Shown: positions 40,279-51,483 of the stretch, one piece after another
How positions within the stretch are numbered: position 1 is the first letter of the stretch
How the letters are laid out: every line of letters starts with the position of its first letter
Assembly: GCA_015654985.1 (NCBI GenBank)
Contig: JAATFW010000287.1
Location: forward strand, 1-61,007
Source: Sphingobacteriales bacterium
GTDB taxonomy: Bacteria > Bacteroidota > Bacteroidia > Sphingobacteriales > Sphingobacteriaceae
Length of the DNA stretch: 61,007 bases
Direction: 5' to 3'
Program-made: the position numbers and the translations under genes
The notes under the pieces: model-generated
The model's database searches: none
What the model was told of the DNA's origin: nothing
What the model saw: the letters and a program-made list of their open reading frames with translations, nothing else

Positions 40279-40447
40279 CCCTGCCCGTTATGATTTTTTT
40301 AAAATCCTGTTGTATGTTTGTCTTCGCAAATGATGCATAACCCGGTACAAAAAAGCGCGCTTTGGCTTCCATGCCTGGCCGCCAACAAAAAACGGGGCAA
40401 GCACCGAAAGGAAAATGAAAAGATAATAATAATTATAAAAATCTAAA

Positions 40448-41440
40448 ATGAGCGTTTTAAATAAAACAACTATTCAATTTACCCCGATAATCTTGTTTAT
40501 CGTCTTTGCTTCATTAACCAGGCAGCCCGGACCGAAAAGACAAGCTAAAAACAGGACCGGCAGCGACACAATCTTTATGGCAGATCCAACCATCTTTTAC
40601 GATAAAGGGATGTATTACCTTTATGGAACGGGAGGAAGAGACGGTTTCCTGGTATACACTTCGAAAGATTTGAAAAACTGGCAGGGTCCCGCAGGAGCCA
40701 GAGACGGCTATGCGTTAATGAAAGGAGATGCTTATGGAACTTCCGGCTTTTGGGCTCCCCAGGTATTTAAGACAGGCAGCGGGTTCTTCATGGCCTACAC
40801 TGCAAACGAACATATAGCAATCGCCAAAAGTAAAAGTCCGTTAGGCCCTTTTGTACAGACGAAATTTAAAGCTATTTCCGGAGCTGAAAGACAGATCGAT
40901 CCTTTTATCTTTATAGATAACGATGGGAAAAAGTATCTGTATCATGTAAGGGTTGAAAATGGCAATCGATTGTTTGTTGCAGAAATGGAGGATGATCTTT
41001 CAGACATAAAGCCAGAAACATTAAAAGAATGTTTATCGGCTACAGAACCGTGGGAAAACACCGCTCATGCGGGCTGGCCGGTCGCTGAAGGGCCGACAGT
41101 GATGAAGCACAATAATCTTTATTATCTCTTTTATTCTGCAAACGACTTCAGAAATCCCGATTATGCCGTGGGATACGCAACGGCGACCTCTCCCACAGGG
41201 CCATGGAAAAAATCAAATGCAAACCCTTTAATAAGCAGGCATCTTACAGGCAAAAATGGCACAGGTCACGGCGATTTTGTAAAGGATCCAAAAGGTGGTT
41301 TATGGTATGTTTTCCATACTCATTTTTCAGACAGCACCGTATCGCCGAGACGTACCGCAATCATAAAAGGAGGCTTTACCGGCGGTAAGGTATTTGTTAA
41401 TAAAAAGAGTTTCTATTACCTTCAGTTATACAAGCATTAA
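40448..41440 (+). CDS. glycoside hydrolase family 43
   Basis: ADP, WAP, IDP, EGP and GHG motifs. Confidence 0.92.
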   Translation: MSVLNKTTIQFTPIILFIVFASLTRQPGPKRQAKNRTGSDTIFMADPTIFYDKGMYYLYGTGGRDGFLVYTSKDLKNWQGPAGARDGYALMKGDAYGTSGFWAPQVFKTGSGFFMAYTANEHIAIAKSKSPLGPFVQTKFKAISGAERQIDPFIFIDNDGKKYLYHVRVENGNRLFVAEMEDDLSDIKPETLKECLSATEPWENTAHAGWPVAEGPTVMKHNNLYYLFYSANDFRNPDYAVGYATATSPTGPWKKSNANPLISRHLTGKNGTGHGDFVKDPKGGLWYVFHTHFSDSTVSPRRTAIIKGGFTGGKVFVNKKSFYYLQLYKH

Positions 41441-41541
41441 TCTCCAGGTAAAGAATTGAATTGTCATAGCTTAGAAAGATTACCTGTTCAAACATACAAC
41501 TTAGGACTTATGTTATATTTTTGTTGTTTAACATTTAGAAA

Positions 41542-42132
41542 ATGAATATAGGATCATTATTAACGACAGCATCAATAACCTTATTGACAGTCTTCAGGCC
41601 AGCATTAAAGACTGAAACTTTCACTATCGACACTAAAAGTTCTTCCATTGAATGGACAGCGGCTAAAGTTACCGGCAAACATAACGGAACAGTTAAGCTA
41701 TCTTCGGGGAGCCTTGTATTTAACGGCAATCTCCTTCAGGGTGGTTCTTTTATCACCGATATGAACAGTATTGCCGTTTCAGATCTTCAGGGGGAATCAG
41801 CACAAAAACTTATCGGACATTTAAAGTCTGAGGATTTCTTTTCCACAGAGAAATATCCCGCAGCAGAGTTCCAGATTACCAAAGTGATTCCGGCAGGTAC
41901 AAACATGGTTGACATCACAGGGAACCTAAAGATCAAAGGCATTACTCAGCCGCTGACTTTCCAGGCTATTGTAAAAAGACAGGGCAATACTGCTGTCGCG
42001 GTAGCCAAAGGAGTTAGAATAGACCGGACCAAATATGATATCAGGTACGGTTCAAACAGCTTTTTCAATTTGGGCGACAAGGCTATTGAAGATGAGTTTA
42101 CGCTTTCGATCAATCTGGTAGCGAAAAAGTGA
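41542..42132 (+). CDS. YceI-family protein
   Basis: Signal peptide, HLKSEDFF..EKYP, GNLKIKGIT, IDRTKYDI. Confidence 0.92.
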   Translation: MNIGSLLTTASITLLTVFRPALKTETFTIDTKSSSIEWTAAKVTGKHNGTVKLSSGSLVFNGNLLQGGSFITDMNSIAVSDLQGESAQKLIGHLKSEDFFSTEKYPAAEFQITKVIPAGTNMVDITGNLKIKGITQPLTFQAIVKRQGNTAVAVAKGVRIDRTKYDIRYGSNSFFNLGDKAIEDEFTLSINLVAKK

Positions 42133-42142
42133 CGTTTGGCGA

Positions 42143-42370
42143 TTATGAATTATGGGTTATGAATTATGAGTTTCCGGCAATTTTTCTAATTGATTTAAAT
42201 CCGCAATCTATTGTTTTATAGGTTATAAGTATAATAAGAATGCACTTACGGTTATGGGTTATAAGTGCCGAACATGCAACTTGCAGGCAAGCATAGGATT
42301 CAAGTTATAGGCGCCATCAATCCATAACCCATAACCCATAACTCATAACTCATAATAACCTATAACTCAC
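42143..42370. repeat. inverted heptamer arrays (TTATGRR / YCATAAY)
   Basis: Four TTATGRR units at 42143-42170 and five YCATAAY units at 42322-42356, between convergent genes. Confidence 0.9.
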
Positions 42371-42372
42371 AC

Positions 42373-43143
42373 CTACGACTTCACTATTCTGAACGCTCCA
42401 TCGACTATCTCCACCTTTCCCATAGGCTCGCTTTTAGCGTGATAAAAGAGGCAAAGCCAGTTTTCTTTAGCGGCCAGATTCCCGAAATCTTCGCGCAGTT
42501 TCATTGAACGGGCGCCATCGTAATCGTATTTTGCTTTAAATCTGCGCAGCAACTGCTCAGGCTCGGGCAGGATGTCGGCTCCGTAAAACACTTTCTCCCC
42601 CTCATCATTGATGAGAAATACCTGGTGATACTGGCAATGTCCTCCGGTAACTTCATAGCTGATCTGATCGTTTAGCTGTCCGTTTCCTTCAACAAAATGA
42701 ATGCTTCCGCTCCGCTGTACAATATCGAATATATCGGTATGATAAGAACCTGAGTGGCTGCTGTAGGCTGTTTCCCATTCACCGCGGTTAATTACATATT
42801 CGGCATTGGGAAAAGTAAGCTGCATCGTTCCGTTATTATCGTATATCATCCCGGCAGCATGGTCGAAATGCAGGTGAGACATAAGTACCAGACTTACATC
42901 CTCAGGATCATATCCTGCCTTTCTTATATTTTCATGTATCATCATTCTGCCGCTTTCATCTTTATATCCAAGTCCGGTATCTAAAACCATCAGAGTATCT
43001 GAGGTTGCAACGAGGAAAGGCTGCACATAAACAAAAAGTGACGCGGGCCTGTCTTTAGGATCGTGAATTGCAGGATCAAAAGGCAGAAATTTTTTCGAGT
43101 TATCAACAGAATAAGAACCTTCGTATAAAGGGAATACTTTCAC
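42373..43143 (-). CDS. MBL-fold metallo-hydrolase
   Basis: SHLHFDH, GGH, GAD, FYH. Confidence 0.9.
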   Translation of the reverse strand: MKVFPLYEGSYSVDNSKKFLPFDPAIHDPKDRPASLFVYVQPFLVATSDTLMVLDTGLGYKDESGRMMIHENIRKAGYDPEDVSLVLMSHLHFDHAAGMIYDNNGTMQLTFPNAEYVINRGEWETAYSSHSGSYHTDIFDIVQRSGSIHFVEGNGQLNDQISYEVTGGHCQYHQVFLINDEGEKVFYGADILPEPEQLLRRFKAKYDYDGARSMKLREDFGNLAAKENWLCLFYHAKSEPMGKVEIVDGAFRIVKS

Positions 43144-43240
43144 AACAAAACCGTATAAATTGATAATGAATTACTTAAAAACAAACGGGAAGTAAATAAA
43201 AGATTAAATAGTATATTTACCCCATAACCTAAACAAAGAT

Positions 43241-44941
43241 ATGCAAAAAAGGTGGGTAGAACATGAAGTTACAGACCGGCAGGCTGTAGAAGAACTTAAA
43301 CGTCTGTTAAATATAGACGAAGTTCTTGCTGCGTTGCTTGTAAACCGGGGTGTTTCTTCTTTTGACGAAGCCCGTCGTTTTTTCAGACCGGAGCTCAGCC
43401 ATCTTCACAATCCTTTCCTGATGCAGGATATGGAAGCCGCAATCATCCGGATCGAACAGGCGCTGATCAATAAGGAAAAAATTCTGATCTATGGCGACTA
43501 CGATGTAGACGGGACTACTGCCGTTGCTCTTGTTTATCATTTTTTCAGCAAGTATCATAATTCTATTGAATATTATATACCCGACAGGTACAGGGAAGGA
43601 TATGGAATTTCAACCAGAGGCATCGATTATGCTGCTGAAAATGGGTTCAGCCTGATCATTGCCCTTGACTGCGGCATTAAATCGGCGGATAAAGTTGATT
43701 ACGCCAGCAGTTTAAATATCGACTTTATTATTTGTGATCACCACTTTCCCGGAAGTATACTTCCATCGGCAACAGCGGTTCTTGATCCGAAACGCCCCGG
43801 CTGTACGTATCCTTTTAAAGAGCTTTCAGGTTGTGGAATAGGGTTCAAACTGATACAGGCTTTTGCCCTGAGGAATGACATCCCATTTGAGAATATTTTA
43901 TGTTACCTTGACCTTGTGGCAGTAAGCATTGCCTCAGACATTGTTCCGGTAACGGGAGAAAACAGGGTACTTGCCTGGTACGGATTAAAAAGGCTTAATG
44001 AATCGCCATGCCATGGGCTCTATGCCCTTATGGAGCTATCGGGCAAAAAACAGTATACTATTTCGGATGTAGTATTTACAATTGGTCCCCGGATAAATGC
44101 AGCAGGGAGAATTGACGATGCTAAACATTCTGTCAACCTGCTGATAGCGCCGACCAGGGAAGCTGCGAGAAATCAGAGTATCCTGATCGACCTTAAAAAT
44201 TCCGAACGAAAAGAGCACGATCTCTCTATTACAGAACAGGCACTGGCTATGATAGCAGCAGACCCGGGCTTAATAAACCGCAAAACAACAGTTGTTTATA
44301 ATGAAGGCTGGCATAAAGGAGTAATCGGGATTGTGGCGTCAAGGCTAACGGAAAAGTATTATCGGCCAACCATTGTTCTCACACAATCAAACGGGTACGT
44401 TTCCGGTTCGGCAAGGTCTGTCATGGGATTTGACCTATATGAAGCATTGAGCGGATGCAGTGATTTGCTTGAGCAATTTGGAGGTCATAAATATGCAGCA
44501 GGCCTTACGCTGAAAACAGAGAATATCCCTGCTTTGCAGGAACGTTTTGAAGATATCGTTTCGCAAACGATCCCCGATCAGCTCCTTATACAGGAAATCA
44601 GTATTGATGCCTGCTTAAAACTGCAGGATATAAACGGGAAATTTTTCAGGGTATTAAACCAGTTTGCTCCTTTCGGACCGTTAAATCCAACCCCTGTTTT
44701 TTTGAGTAAAAACGTTTACGTTTGTGGAATGGCTGCTGTTGTAGGTTCAAACCACATCAAGATGACAGTGAAACAGGATGGATCAGCAGCTTTTGATTGT
44801 ATTGGTTTTGGTTTAGGGCAGTATTTACCGTTAGTAAAAAAGGGAGCGCCCTTTGATATCTGTTATTCTATTGAAGAAAATGTGTGGAAAGAAAAACGCA
44901 GCGTTCAGTTAAATATTAAAGGGGTTAGAGGAACATCATAA
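43241..44941 (+). CDS. recJ: ssDNA exonuclease RecJ
   Basis: GDYDVDG, DCG, DHH, PRINAAGR, GSARS, GGHKYAAG. Confidence 0.97.
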   Translation: MQKRWVEHEVTDRQAVEELKRLLNIDEVLAALLVNRGVSSFDEARRFFRPELSHLHNPFLMQDMEAAIIRIEQALINKEKILIYGDYDVDGTTAVALVYHFFSKYHNSIEYYIPDRYREGYGISTRGIDYAAENGFSLIIALDCGIKSADKVDYASSLNIDFIICDHHFPGSILPSATAVLDPKRPGCTYPFKELSGCGIGFKLIQAFALRNDIPFENILCYLDLVAVSIASDIVPVTGENRVLAWYGLKRLNESPCHGLYALMELSGKKQYTISDVVFTIGPRINAAGRIDDAKHSVNLLIAPTREAARNQSILIDLKNSERKEHDLSITEQALAMIAADPGLINRKTTVVYNEGWHKGVIGIVASRLTEKYYRPTIVLTQSNGYVSGSARSVMGFDLYEALSGCSDLLEQFGGHKYAAGLTLKTENIPALQERFEDIVSQTIPDQLLIQEISIDACLKLQDINGKFFRVLNQFAPFGPLNPTPVFLSKNVYVCGMAAVVGSNHIKMTVKQDGSAAFDCIGFGLGQYLPLVKKGAPFDICYSIEENVWKEKRSVQLNIKGVRGTS

Positions 44942-44953
44942 GCAGTAAAGCAC

Positions 44954-45706
44954 ATGATACTTAAAGCAGAAAATCTTGTAAAGAAATATAAGCAAAGGGC
45001 CGTTGTCAATAACGTTTCCTTTTATGTTGAACAGGGAGAAATAGTGGGTCTGCTGGGGCCAAATGGTGCCGGTAAAACAACTTCATTTTATATGATAGTA
45101 GGGCTTATCAAGCCAAATGAAGGCCATGTGTATCTTGAATCTGAGGATATTACCGGAGATCCGATGTACCGGCGTGCACAGAAGGGAATTGGATACCTCG
45201 CCCAGGAAGCATCGGTTTTCAGAAAACTGACAGTAGAAGATAACATTCTGGCCGTGCTGGAAATGAGTAACCTAACCAGAGCCGAACAAAAAGATAAGCT
45301 TGAGGAACTGCTTACAGAATTCAGCCTTCACCGTGTAAGAAAAAACCGGGGCGATCTTCTCTCCGGGGGGGAGCGCAGAAGGACTGAAATTGCAAGGGCG
45401 CTTGCTGCTAATCCTAATTTTATTCTTCTGGATGAGCCTTTCGCCGGAGTAGATCCCATAGCAGTGGAAGAGATCCAGTCTATGGTTGCAAAGTTAAAAG
45501 ACCGGAACATCGGAATCCTGATCACCGACCACAATGTACAGGAAACTCTGTCTATTACAGACCGGGCTTACCTGCTTACCGAAGGGAAAATTATGCTTAC
45601 GGGTACCCCGCAGGAAATAGCACAAAATGAAATGGCACGCAAGTTCTATCTTGGCCAGCACTTCGAACTTCGTAAAAAGAGAATCAGTAATACAACCTCG
45701 TCATGA
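44954..45706 (+). CDS. lptB: LPS export ABC ATPase
   Basis: [37 protein letters not shown]. Confidence 0.96.
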   Translation: MILKAENLVKKYKQRAVVNNVSFYVEQGEIVGLLGPNGAGKTTSFYMIVGLIKPNEGHVYLESEDITGDPMYRRAQKGIGYLAQEASVFRKLTVEDNILAVLEMSNLTRAEQKDKLEELLTEFSLHRVRKNRGDLLSGGERRRTEIARALAANPNFILLDEPFAGVDPIAVEEIQSMVAKLKDRNIGILITDHNVQETLSITDRAYLLTEGKIMLTGTPQEIAQNEMARKFYLGQHFELRKKRISNTTSS

Positions 45707-47226
45707 CTTTTGTAAACTCGATTTTCACCTGGTTCATGAAAAAAAGGATGCACCAGATAGAATTGTTCATCAAATACCCGCATGATGTACAGGACGAAGT
45801 TTTCAGAAACCTGATAGCTTCTGCCCGGAATACAGAATGGGGCAAGCTTCATCAGTACGATTCGATATTTAATCAGGAACAGTTTAAACAGCGGGTGCCT
45901 GTACAGAATTATGATACGCTGAAACCTTATATCGAACGCATGATGAAGGGAGAACAGAACGTTCTCTGGGGATCGGAAATAAGATGGTTTGCAAAATCAT
46001 CCGGCACAACTCACGACAGAAGTAAATTTATTCCGGTCAGTGATGAATCGCTGGAAGAATGCCATTTCAAAGGTGGAAAAGACATGCTTTCCATCTATTG
46101 CAATAACAGGCCCGACTCCATGATCTTTACAGGAAAGTCGCTGGCAATGGGCGGAAGTCACCAGGTGAACCAGCTAAACGACGAAACCTTCTATGGAGAT
46201 CTTTCGGCTGTCCTTATCAAAAATCTGCCCTTCTGGGCAGAGTTCTACCGTACGCCTGATATGTCTATCACACTCATGGATAACTATGAGCAGAAAATCG
46301 AAAAAATGGCACTTGCCACCGCGAATGTAAATGTTACCAATATTTCGGGAGTGCCAACATGGACAGTTGTGCTGGCGAAACGCTTGCTTGAGGTTACCGG
46401 AAAAGATAATCTTCTGGAGATATGGCCTAACCTCGAACTATACATTCACGGGGCTGTAAAATTTACCCCGTACCGTGAGCAGTTCAGCAAACTGATTCCT
46501 TCTGATTCTATGTACTATCTTGAAACCTACAATGCTTCGGAAGGTTTCTTTGGAATACAGGATCTTTCGAATTCAGATGAAATGCTGCTTATGCTGGATT
46601 ATGGCATCTTTTACGAGTTTCTTCCGATGGAACATTTTGGCAGTGAGAATCCAAAAACGCTGGGCCTTCAGGAAGTAGAATTAGAAAAGAACTATGCGCT
46701 GATCATTTCTACAAATGGCGGCTTATGGCGGTATATGATTGGAGATACAGTTAAATTCACCTGCCTCTCTCCCTACCGTATCCAGATTACAGGGCGTACA
46801 CGACATTTTATTAATGCTTTCGGCGAAGAACTTATCATTGATAATGCTGAAAAGGCATTAACAAAGGCCTGCTCAGAAACCGGCGCTATTATCCGTGATT
46901 ATACAGCATGCCCTATTTATTTTAATGGAAATGACCGGGGCGGACATGAATGGATTATTGAATTTGAACACCGCCCCTCAGACATTGAACATTTTACCGA
47001 TATTTTAGATAATACACTCAGACTTATCAACTCCGATTACGATGCCAAACGCTTTAAAGACCTTGCCCTGAGACGACCGCTGGTACATGTTGCAGAGAAT
47101 GGAACCTTCTATAACTGGCTTAAACAGAAGGGCAAACTTGGAGGCCAACACAAAGTTCCGAGGCTGGCGAATGAACGTAAGTACGTAGAACAGATCCTTG
47201 GAATGCTGGAAAAGGAAAATCAATAG
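45703..47226 (+). CDS. GH3 auxin-responsive-promoter family (ANL-type acyl ligase)
   Basis: SSGTT...[29 protein letters not shown]; ATGA overlap with lptB. Confidence 0.9.
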   Translation: MTFVNSIFTWFMKKRMHQIELFIKYPHDVQDEVFRNLIASARNTEWGKLHQYDSIFNQEQFKQRVPVQNYDTLKPYIERMMKGEQNVLWGSEIRWFAKSSGTTHDRSKFIPVSDESLEECHFKGGKDMLSIYCNNRPDSMIFTGKSLAMGGSHQVNQLNDETFYGDLSAVLIKNLPFWAEFYRTPDMSITLMDNYEQKIEKMALATANVNVTNISGVPTWTVVLAKRLLEVTGKDNLLEIWPNLELYIHGAVKFTPYREQFSKLIPSDSMYYLETYNASEGFFGIQDLSNSDEMLLMLDYGIFYEFLPMEHFGSENPKTLGLQEVELEKNYALIISTNGGLWRYMIGDTVKFTCLSPYRIQITGRTRHFINAFGEELIIDNAEKALTKACSETGAIIRDYTACPIYFNGNDRGGHEWIIEFEHRPSDIEHFTDILDNTLRLINSDYDAKRFKDLALRRPLVHVAENGTFYNWLKQKGKLGGQHKVPRLANERKYVEQILGMLEKENQ

Positions 47227-47233
47227 TTTAACT

Positions 47234-48340
47234 TTACTTTCGGGGCTCGGGCGCTCCCGGGTCCAAACCCAGGCTTCCCTTTGCGGAACTCCCTTTTCTT
47301 TTCCTCTTCTTTGGAAAAACGAGGGAGGCCACAACACTTGCCGTCAGAATAAATACGATCACTAATAGGGAATGGGCAGTGGTAAAACCGAGGTTTTTCA
47401 GCCAATCGTGAGCAAGCATCTTTACTCCTATGAATACCAGGAGAACAGACAGGCCTACCTTAAGATAATGAAATTTATGGATGATGTTCACTAACAGGAA
47501 AAACATAGAGCGTAACCCAAGTATAGCAAAGATATTCGAAAAGAAAACGATATAGGGATCTTTGGTTACCGAAAAGATTGCAGGAATGGAATCTACAGCA
47601 AAGATCAGATCTGTAAATTCAATAATTAGCAGGACTAGGAAAAGCGGGGTAATATACTTTTTGTGATCTTTTTTTAAAAAGAACTTATTCCCGGAAAACC
47701 GGGGGTAAACTGAAAAATATTTTGAAGCAAATTTTACTACTTTATGGTTTTCAGGATCAATCTTTTCTTCTTCATTCCGGTTAATAAACATCATGATCCC
47801 GGTATAAACCAGGAAGGCACCAAACAGGTAAAGAATCCATCCAAACTGGTTTATCAGGGTTGCTCCAAGAAAGATAAACAGGAAACGCATGATAAGGGCG
47901 CCGATAATCCCCCAGAACAATACACGATGGTAATACTTTGGCTCTACCGAAAAAGCTGTAAATATTAACACCATCACGAATATATTATCGACAGAAAGGG
48001 CATATTCTATCAAATAACCGGTTAAAAATTCGAGCGCAAGATTTTGTTTATAGACGAGAAGACTCCCGCTGAAATCCAAAGGATTTAAATGAATGTTATG
48101 AAGATGTTTTTTAGTTATAAAGGCAAGCTGCTCAAAATTCTCAATCCCGTGCAGCCGGTGGCCTTCGGTAAGCAATAAAAAATAAAATCCTACAGCAAAA
48201 GAGACCCATATAGCGCTCATTACTGCAGCTTCCTTTAAACCAACGGCATGGTCCTTATTATTGAAAAGCCCCAGATCAACTGAGAGTATGAGTATAATAA
48301 AGAGTAAAAACCCTCCAAAAAATATGACCTCGCCCGACAT
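47234..48340 (-). CDS. TerC/Alx-family membrane protein
   Basis: EYALSVDNIFV, EFTDLIFAVDSIPA, SNIFAILGLR. Confidence 0.93.
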   Translation of the reverse strand: MSGEVIFFGGFLLFIILILSVDLGLFNNKDHAVGLKEAAVMSAIWVSFAVGFYFLLLTEGHRLHGIENFEQLAFITKKHLHNIHLNPLDFSGSLLVYKQNLALEFLTGYLIEYALSVDNIFVMVLIFTAFSVEPKYYHRVLFWGIIGALIMRFLFIFLGATLINQFGWILYLFGAFLVYTGIMMFINRNEEEKIDPENHKVVKFASKYFSVYPRFSGNKFFLKKDHKKYITPLFLVLLIIEFTDLIFAVDSIPAIFSVTKDPYIVFFSNIFAILGLRSMFFLLVNIIHKFHYLKVGLSVLLVFIGVKMLAHDWLKNLGFTTAHSLLVIVFILTASVVASLVFPKKRKRKGSSAKGSLGLDPGAPEPRK

Positions 48341-48342
48341 TC

Positions 48343-49314
48343 TTATTTCTTACGTTCCGTTGTAAACCGTACTAACTGCTCAAGGCCCGTACGGGCCTCG
48401 CCCGGAGGAAATGTATTGAGGATCTCAAAAGCTTCTTCCTGAAAACGAAGCATCTGCATCTCTGCATATGCCATACCACCGTGGTTTATCACAAAATGAA
48501 TAACCTCGGCAACTTTGGCACTCTCTTCATTATGGTTTTTAACGAGATTAATGATCCGTTGTTTTTCACTGCGGGGAACTTTACTTAAAGCATAGATAAG
48601 CGGCAGGGTGATTTTCTTTTCTTTAATGTCAATGCCAAGGGGCTTTCCCACGTCGTCAGTTCCAAAGTCAAACAGATCATCTTTTATCTGGAAGGCCATA
48701 CCAATTTTCTCTCCGAAAAGACGCATCCGTTCTACGGTTCCCGGATCAGCACCTACAGAAGCAGCTCCGCATGCACAACAGGAAGCGATTAAGGTAGCTG
48801 TCTTCTGGCGGATTACTTCATAATAGATATCTTCACTTATATCTAATTTGCGCGCTTTTTCCATCTGCAGCAATTCTCCTTCGCTCATTTCTTTCATAGT
48901 GTCGGAAATAATTTTCAGAAGAACGAAATCTTCGTTGTTTAAGGCAAGCATCATACCTGTAGCCAGCAGATAATCGCCCACCAGAACTGCCACTTTATTC
49001 TTCCATAAAGCGTTGATCGAAAAAAAGCCTCTTCTCTCATAGGAGTTATCTACTACATCATCGTGTACAAGAGTTGCTGTATGGATCAGCTCTACAAATG
49101 TTGCCGCGCGGTAGGTTGCTTCCGAAATACGGCCACAAAGGCTTGCAGAAAAAAATACAAACATGGGTCGTATCTGCTTTCCTTTGCGCTTAACTATATA
49201 GTGAGTAATGCGGTCAAGCAGCGGAACGGAACTTTTCATTGAAGATTTGAATTTATCCTCAAACAAGTCCAGTTCCCTTTCAATAGGTCTTTTTATCTCA
49301 TCGAGCTTTGACAT
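48343..49314 (-). CDS. polyprenyl diphosphate synthase (IspB-like)
   Basis: GKQIRP, LVHDDVVD...RRG, FQIKDD. Confidence 0.93.
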   Translation of the reverse strand: MSKLDEIKRPIERELDLFEDKFKSSMKSSVPLLDRITHYIVKRKGKQIRPMFVFFSASLCGRISEATYRAATFVELIHTATLVHDDVVDNSYERRGFFSINALWKNKVAVLVGDYLLATGMMLALNNEDFVLLKIISDTMKEMSEGELLQMEKARKLDISEDIYYEVIRQKTATLIASCCACGAASVGADPGTVERMRLFGEKIGMAFQIKDDLFDFGTDDVGKPLGIDIKEKKITLPLIYALSKVPRSEKQRIINLVKNHNEESAKVAEVIHFVINHGGMAYAEMQMLRFQEEAFEILNTFPPGEARTGLEQLVRFTTERKK

Positions 49315-49417
49315 GAAGCCTTTAACAGTTGTATGGCAATAACGATTGCCGGTAAACTGCAAACATAATCTAAAAATTCAATTTATCTAAGTTTAGGAAT
49401 ATGAAGTTTAAACATAT

Positions 49418-49452
49418 AAAAAAAAGCCCCGGGCTGGCGCCCGGGGACTTTT
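49418..49452 (-). terminator. intrinsic terminator after the ECF sigma gene
   Basis: A-tract followed by ccccgggc-tggc-gcccgggg. Confidence 0.75.
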
Positions 49453-49483
49453 AAGTATGATGAGTTTAGAAAAGGGGCTTTAA

Positions 49484-50023
49484 CTAATCAAGCTCTGCAT
49501 AAACAGGCTTTCTGACACCGTTATCGTAGGGCTTAAGACTTTTCTTAAGTAATTTACGGGCAACATGTATCCGTGTTTTTACTGTTCCGATTGGTATTGC
49601 AAGATAATCGGCAATCTCATGATATTTATGTCCTTCGAAATACATGCTGAAAGGCACATAGTATTCTTCGGGAAGTTTTCCTAAAGCAAGTTTTATATCG
49701 TCCATAACAAATTTAGACTCGCCCTGATTTTTTGTGGAACTGAATACAAGGTTAGCAGAAGATATTTCATCTGACTTTGTTACAAATGAACTGATCTTTA
49801 CAAACCGGCGGTAGTTGTTAATGAAAGTATTTTTCATGATAGTATACAACCAACCTTTAAGGTTTGTGCCTTCTTTGAACTTATTGTAATAAGTAATTGC
49901 CTTTAGTAAGGTATCCTGAACCAGATCATTAGCATCATCTGCATCATGTGTGAAATGCAAAGCGTACATTCTTAGTGAACCTGACTGACGCATAACCATT
50001 GTGTTGAATTCGATCTTAGTCAT
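49484..50023 (-). CDS. ECF sigma-70 factor
   Basis: DANDLVQDTLLKA, NLKGWLYTIMKN, YHEIADYLAIPIGTVKTRIH. Confidence 0.94.
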   Translation of the reverse strand: MTKIEFNTMVMRQSGSLRMYALHFTHDADDANDLVQDTLLKAITYYNKFKEGTNLKGWLYTIMKNTFINNYRRFVKISSFVTKSDEISSANLVFSSTKNQGESKFVMDDIKLALGKLPEEYYVPFSMYFEGHKYHEIADYLAIPIGTVKTRIHVARKLLKKSLKPYDNGVRKPVYAELD

Positions 50024-50191
50024 CTTAAAAGGATTTAAGGGTGATTGTTATATTATTTGTTTAAGCAAATAAGTTTGTTTTATAAACGAACTTGCCATTA
50101 ACATTACAACAACTATGCTAAAACCTTAAAAGGGGTAAGACCAACTCCTTTTTGAATAGAAATTTAACAAAGAAATAACCTTAATTAAACG

Positions 50192-51208
50192 CTATACTAT
50201 GTTCACTTCACGTTCTAATGCGATCCCAAAACGATGTTCTACGTCCGCGATTATACGTGTTGACAATTTATAAATATCTGATCCTGTAGCATTTCCATAG
50301 TTCACAAGCACAAGAGATTGATTTTTCCATGTACCGGCATCGTCAATACTTTTTCCTTTCCATCCGCACTGCTCGATCAGCCACCCGGCGGCGATTTTTA
50401 TTGTACTGTTTGGTAGACAGTAGTGTACAATGTCTGGAAAAACAGACTGCAACTGTCTGAATTCTTCTACTGTTACTACCGGATTCTTGAAAAAACTTCC
50501 GGCATTTCCGATGGTAGAAGGATCGGGTAGTTTATTAATCCTGATTTCAGACACCACTTCAGAAATCTCCTTTATACCCGGATTAATAATTCCTCTTTTT
50601 GTTAATTCGTGACTGATAGCTCCATAACTTGTATTGACAGAAGGAAGAGCGGATAGTTTAAAGCACACGCTGCTTATAATTACTTTTCCTTTCAATTCTT
50701 TCTTAAAGATGCTGTCGCGATAGCCAAATCCACAATCATCTTTAAAAAAGATCTGCTTTTTTTCGCTTTCTATATTAAAAACATCACATGAATAAAAAAC
50801 ATCTTTAAGTTCCACACCATAAGCACCGATATTCTGCACTGGAGAGGCCCCTACAGTTCCGGGGATGAGACTTAGATTTTCCACACCTGCAAACCCGTTG
50901 TTAACGCAATAAAGCACAAAATCCTTCCATACTTCACCGGCTCCTGCAGTAACGAAAACTTCTGTGCCCTTTACTTCATGACGGATCCCTTTAATATTAA
51001 TTCTCACTACAAGCCCATCAAAGTCCTGTGTAAAAAGTATATTACTTCCTCCTCCGATTATCAACCGTTTTGCCTGCTTCCATTGATCATCTGAAAATAA
51101 TTCAAAAAGATCTTCTTCGGAGTTTACCTCTGTAAACCACCTGGCAGAAGCCTCAACACCAAATGTGTTCAGCCCCTTCAATGAAACGCTTTCCAAAATC
51201 TGCGGCAT
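50192..51208 (-). CDS. murB: UDP-N-acetylmuramate dehydrogenase
   Basis: GGGSN, IPGTVGASPVQNIGAYG, FGYRDS, NAGSFFKNP, LEREV. Confidence 0.96.
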   Translation of the reverse strand: MPQILESVSLKGLNTFGVEASARWFTEVNSEEDLFELFSDDQWKQAKRLIIGGGSNILFTQDFDGLVVRINIKGIRHEVKGTEVFVTAGAGEVWKDFVLYCVNNGFAGVENLSLIPGTVGASPVQNIGAYGVELKDVFYSCDVFNIESEKKQIFFKDDCGFGYRDSIFKKELKGKVIISSVCFKLSALPSVNTSYGAISHELTKRGIINPGIKEISEVVSEIRINKLPDPSTIGNAGSFFKNPVVTVEEFRQLQSVFPDIVHYCLPNSTIKIAAGWLIEQCGWKGKSIDDAGTWKNQSLVLVNYGNATGSDIYKLSTRIIADVEHRFGIALEREVNIV

Positions 51209-51290
51209 TCTATATAATTTATCAGAGCCGAATTTCGGATTTAAATTGAAGTATTCTGTAATAAATTTAAAACAGATCCCCTTATTCTTG

Positions 51291-51445
51291 ATTTTCATCT
51301 GTAAAACCGATCTTTAAAGGAAGATGAGGGACTGATAAAACTGCGTATGCACCCTATGAACATCTCAAAAACGGATAATATGGTGAATCCCTGTTTTATA
51401 TGCTGTTTCTATAAAATTGCATATAAAACATTTTTATCTAAGTTT
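51291..51445 (-). repeat. ~155-bp dispersed element, full copy (inverted)
   Basis: Reverse complement aligns with 34878-35033; internal perfect 12-bp inverted repeat at 51392-51430. Confidence 0.85.
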
Positions 51446-51483
51446 AAATAATAGAAAAGAAAATAAAACTATATTTTTGAATA

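Noticed and set aside
49382-49394. tttatctaagttt as a fourth copy of the dispersed element
   Set aside because: Only 13 AT-rich bases match one end, with no further alignment.
51209-51298. N-terminal extension of MurB in the ORF track
   Set aside because: It starts inside the repeat element; MPQILE at 51208 is the plausible start. Similar over-extensions for carA, ftsB, the polyprenyl synthase, DUF2147 and DUF2490 were trimmed.
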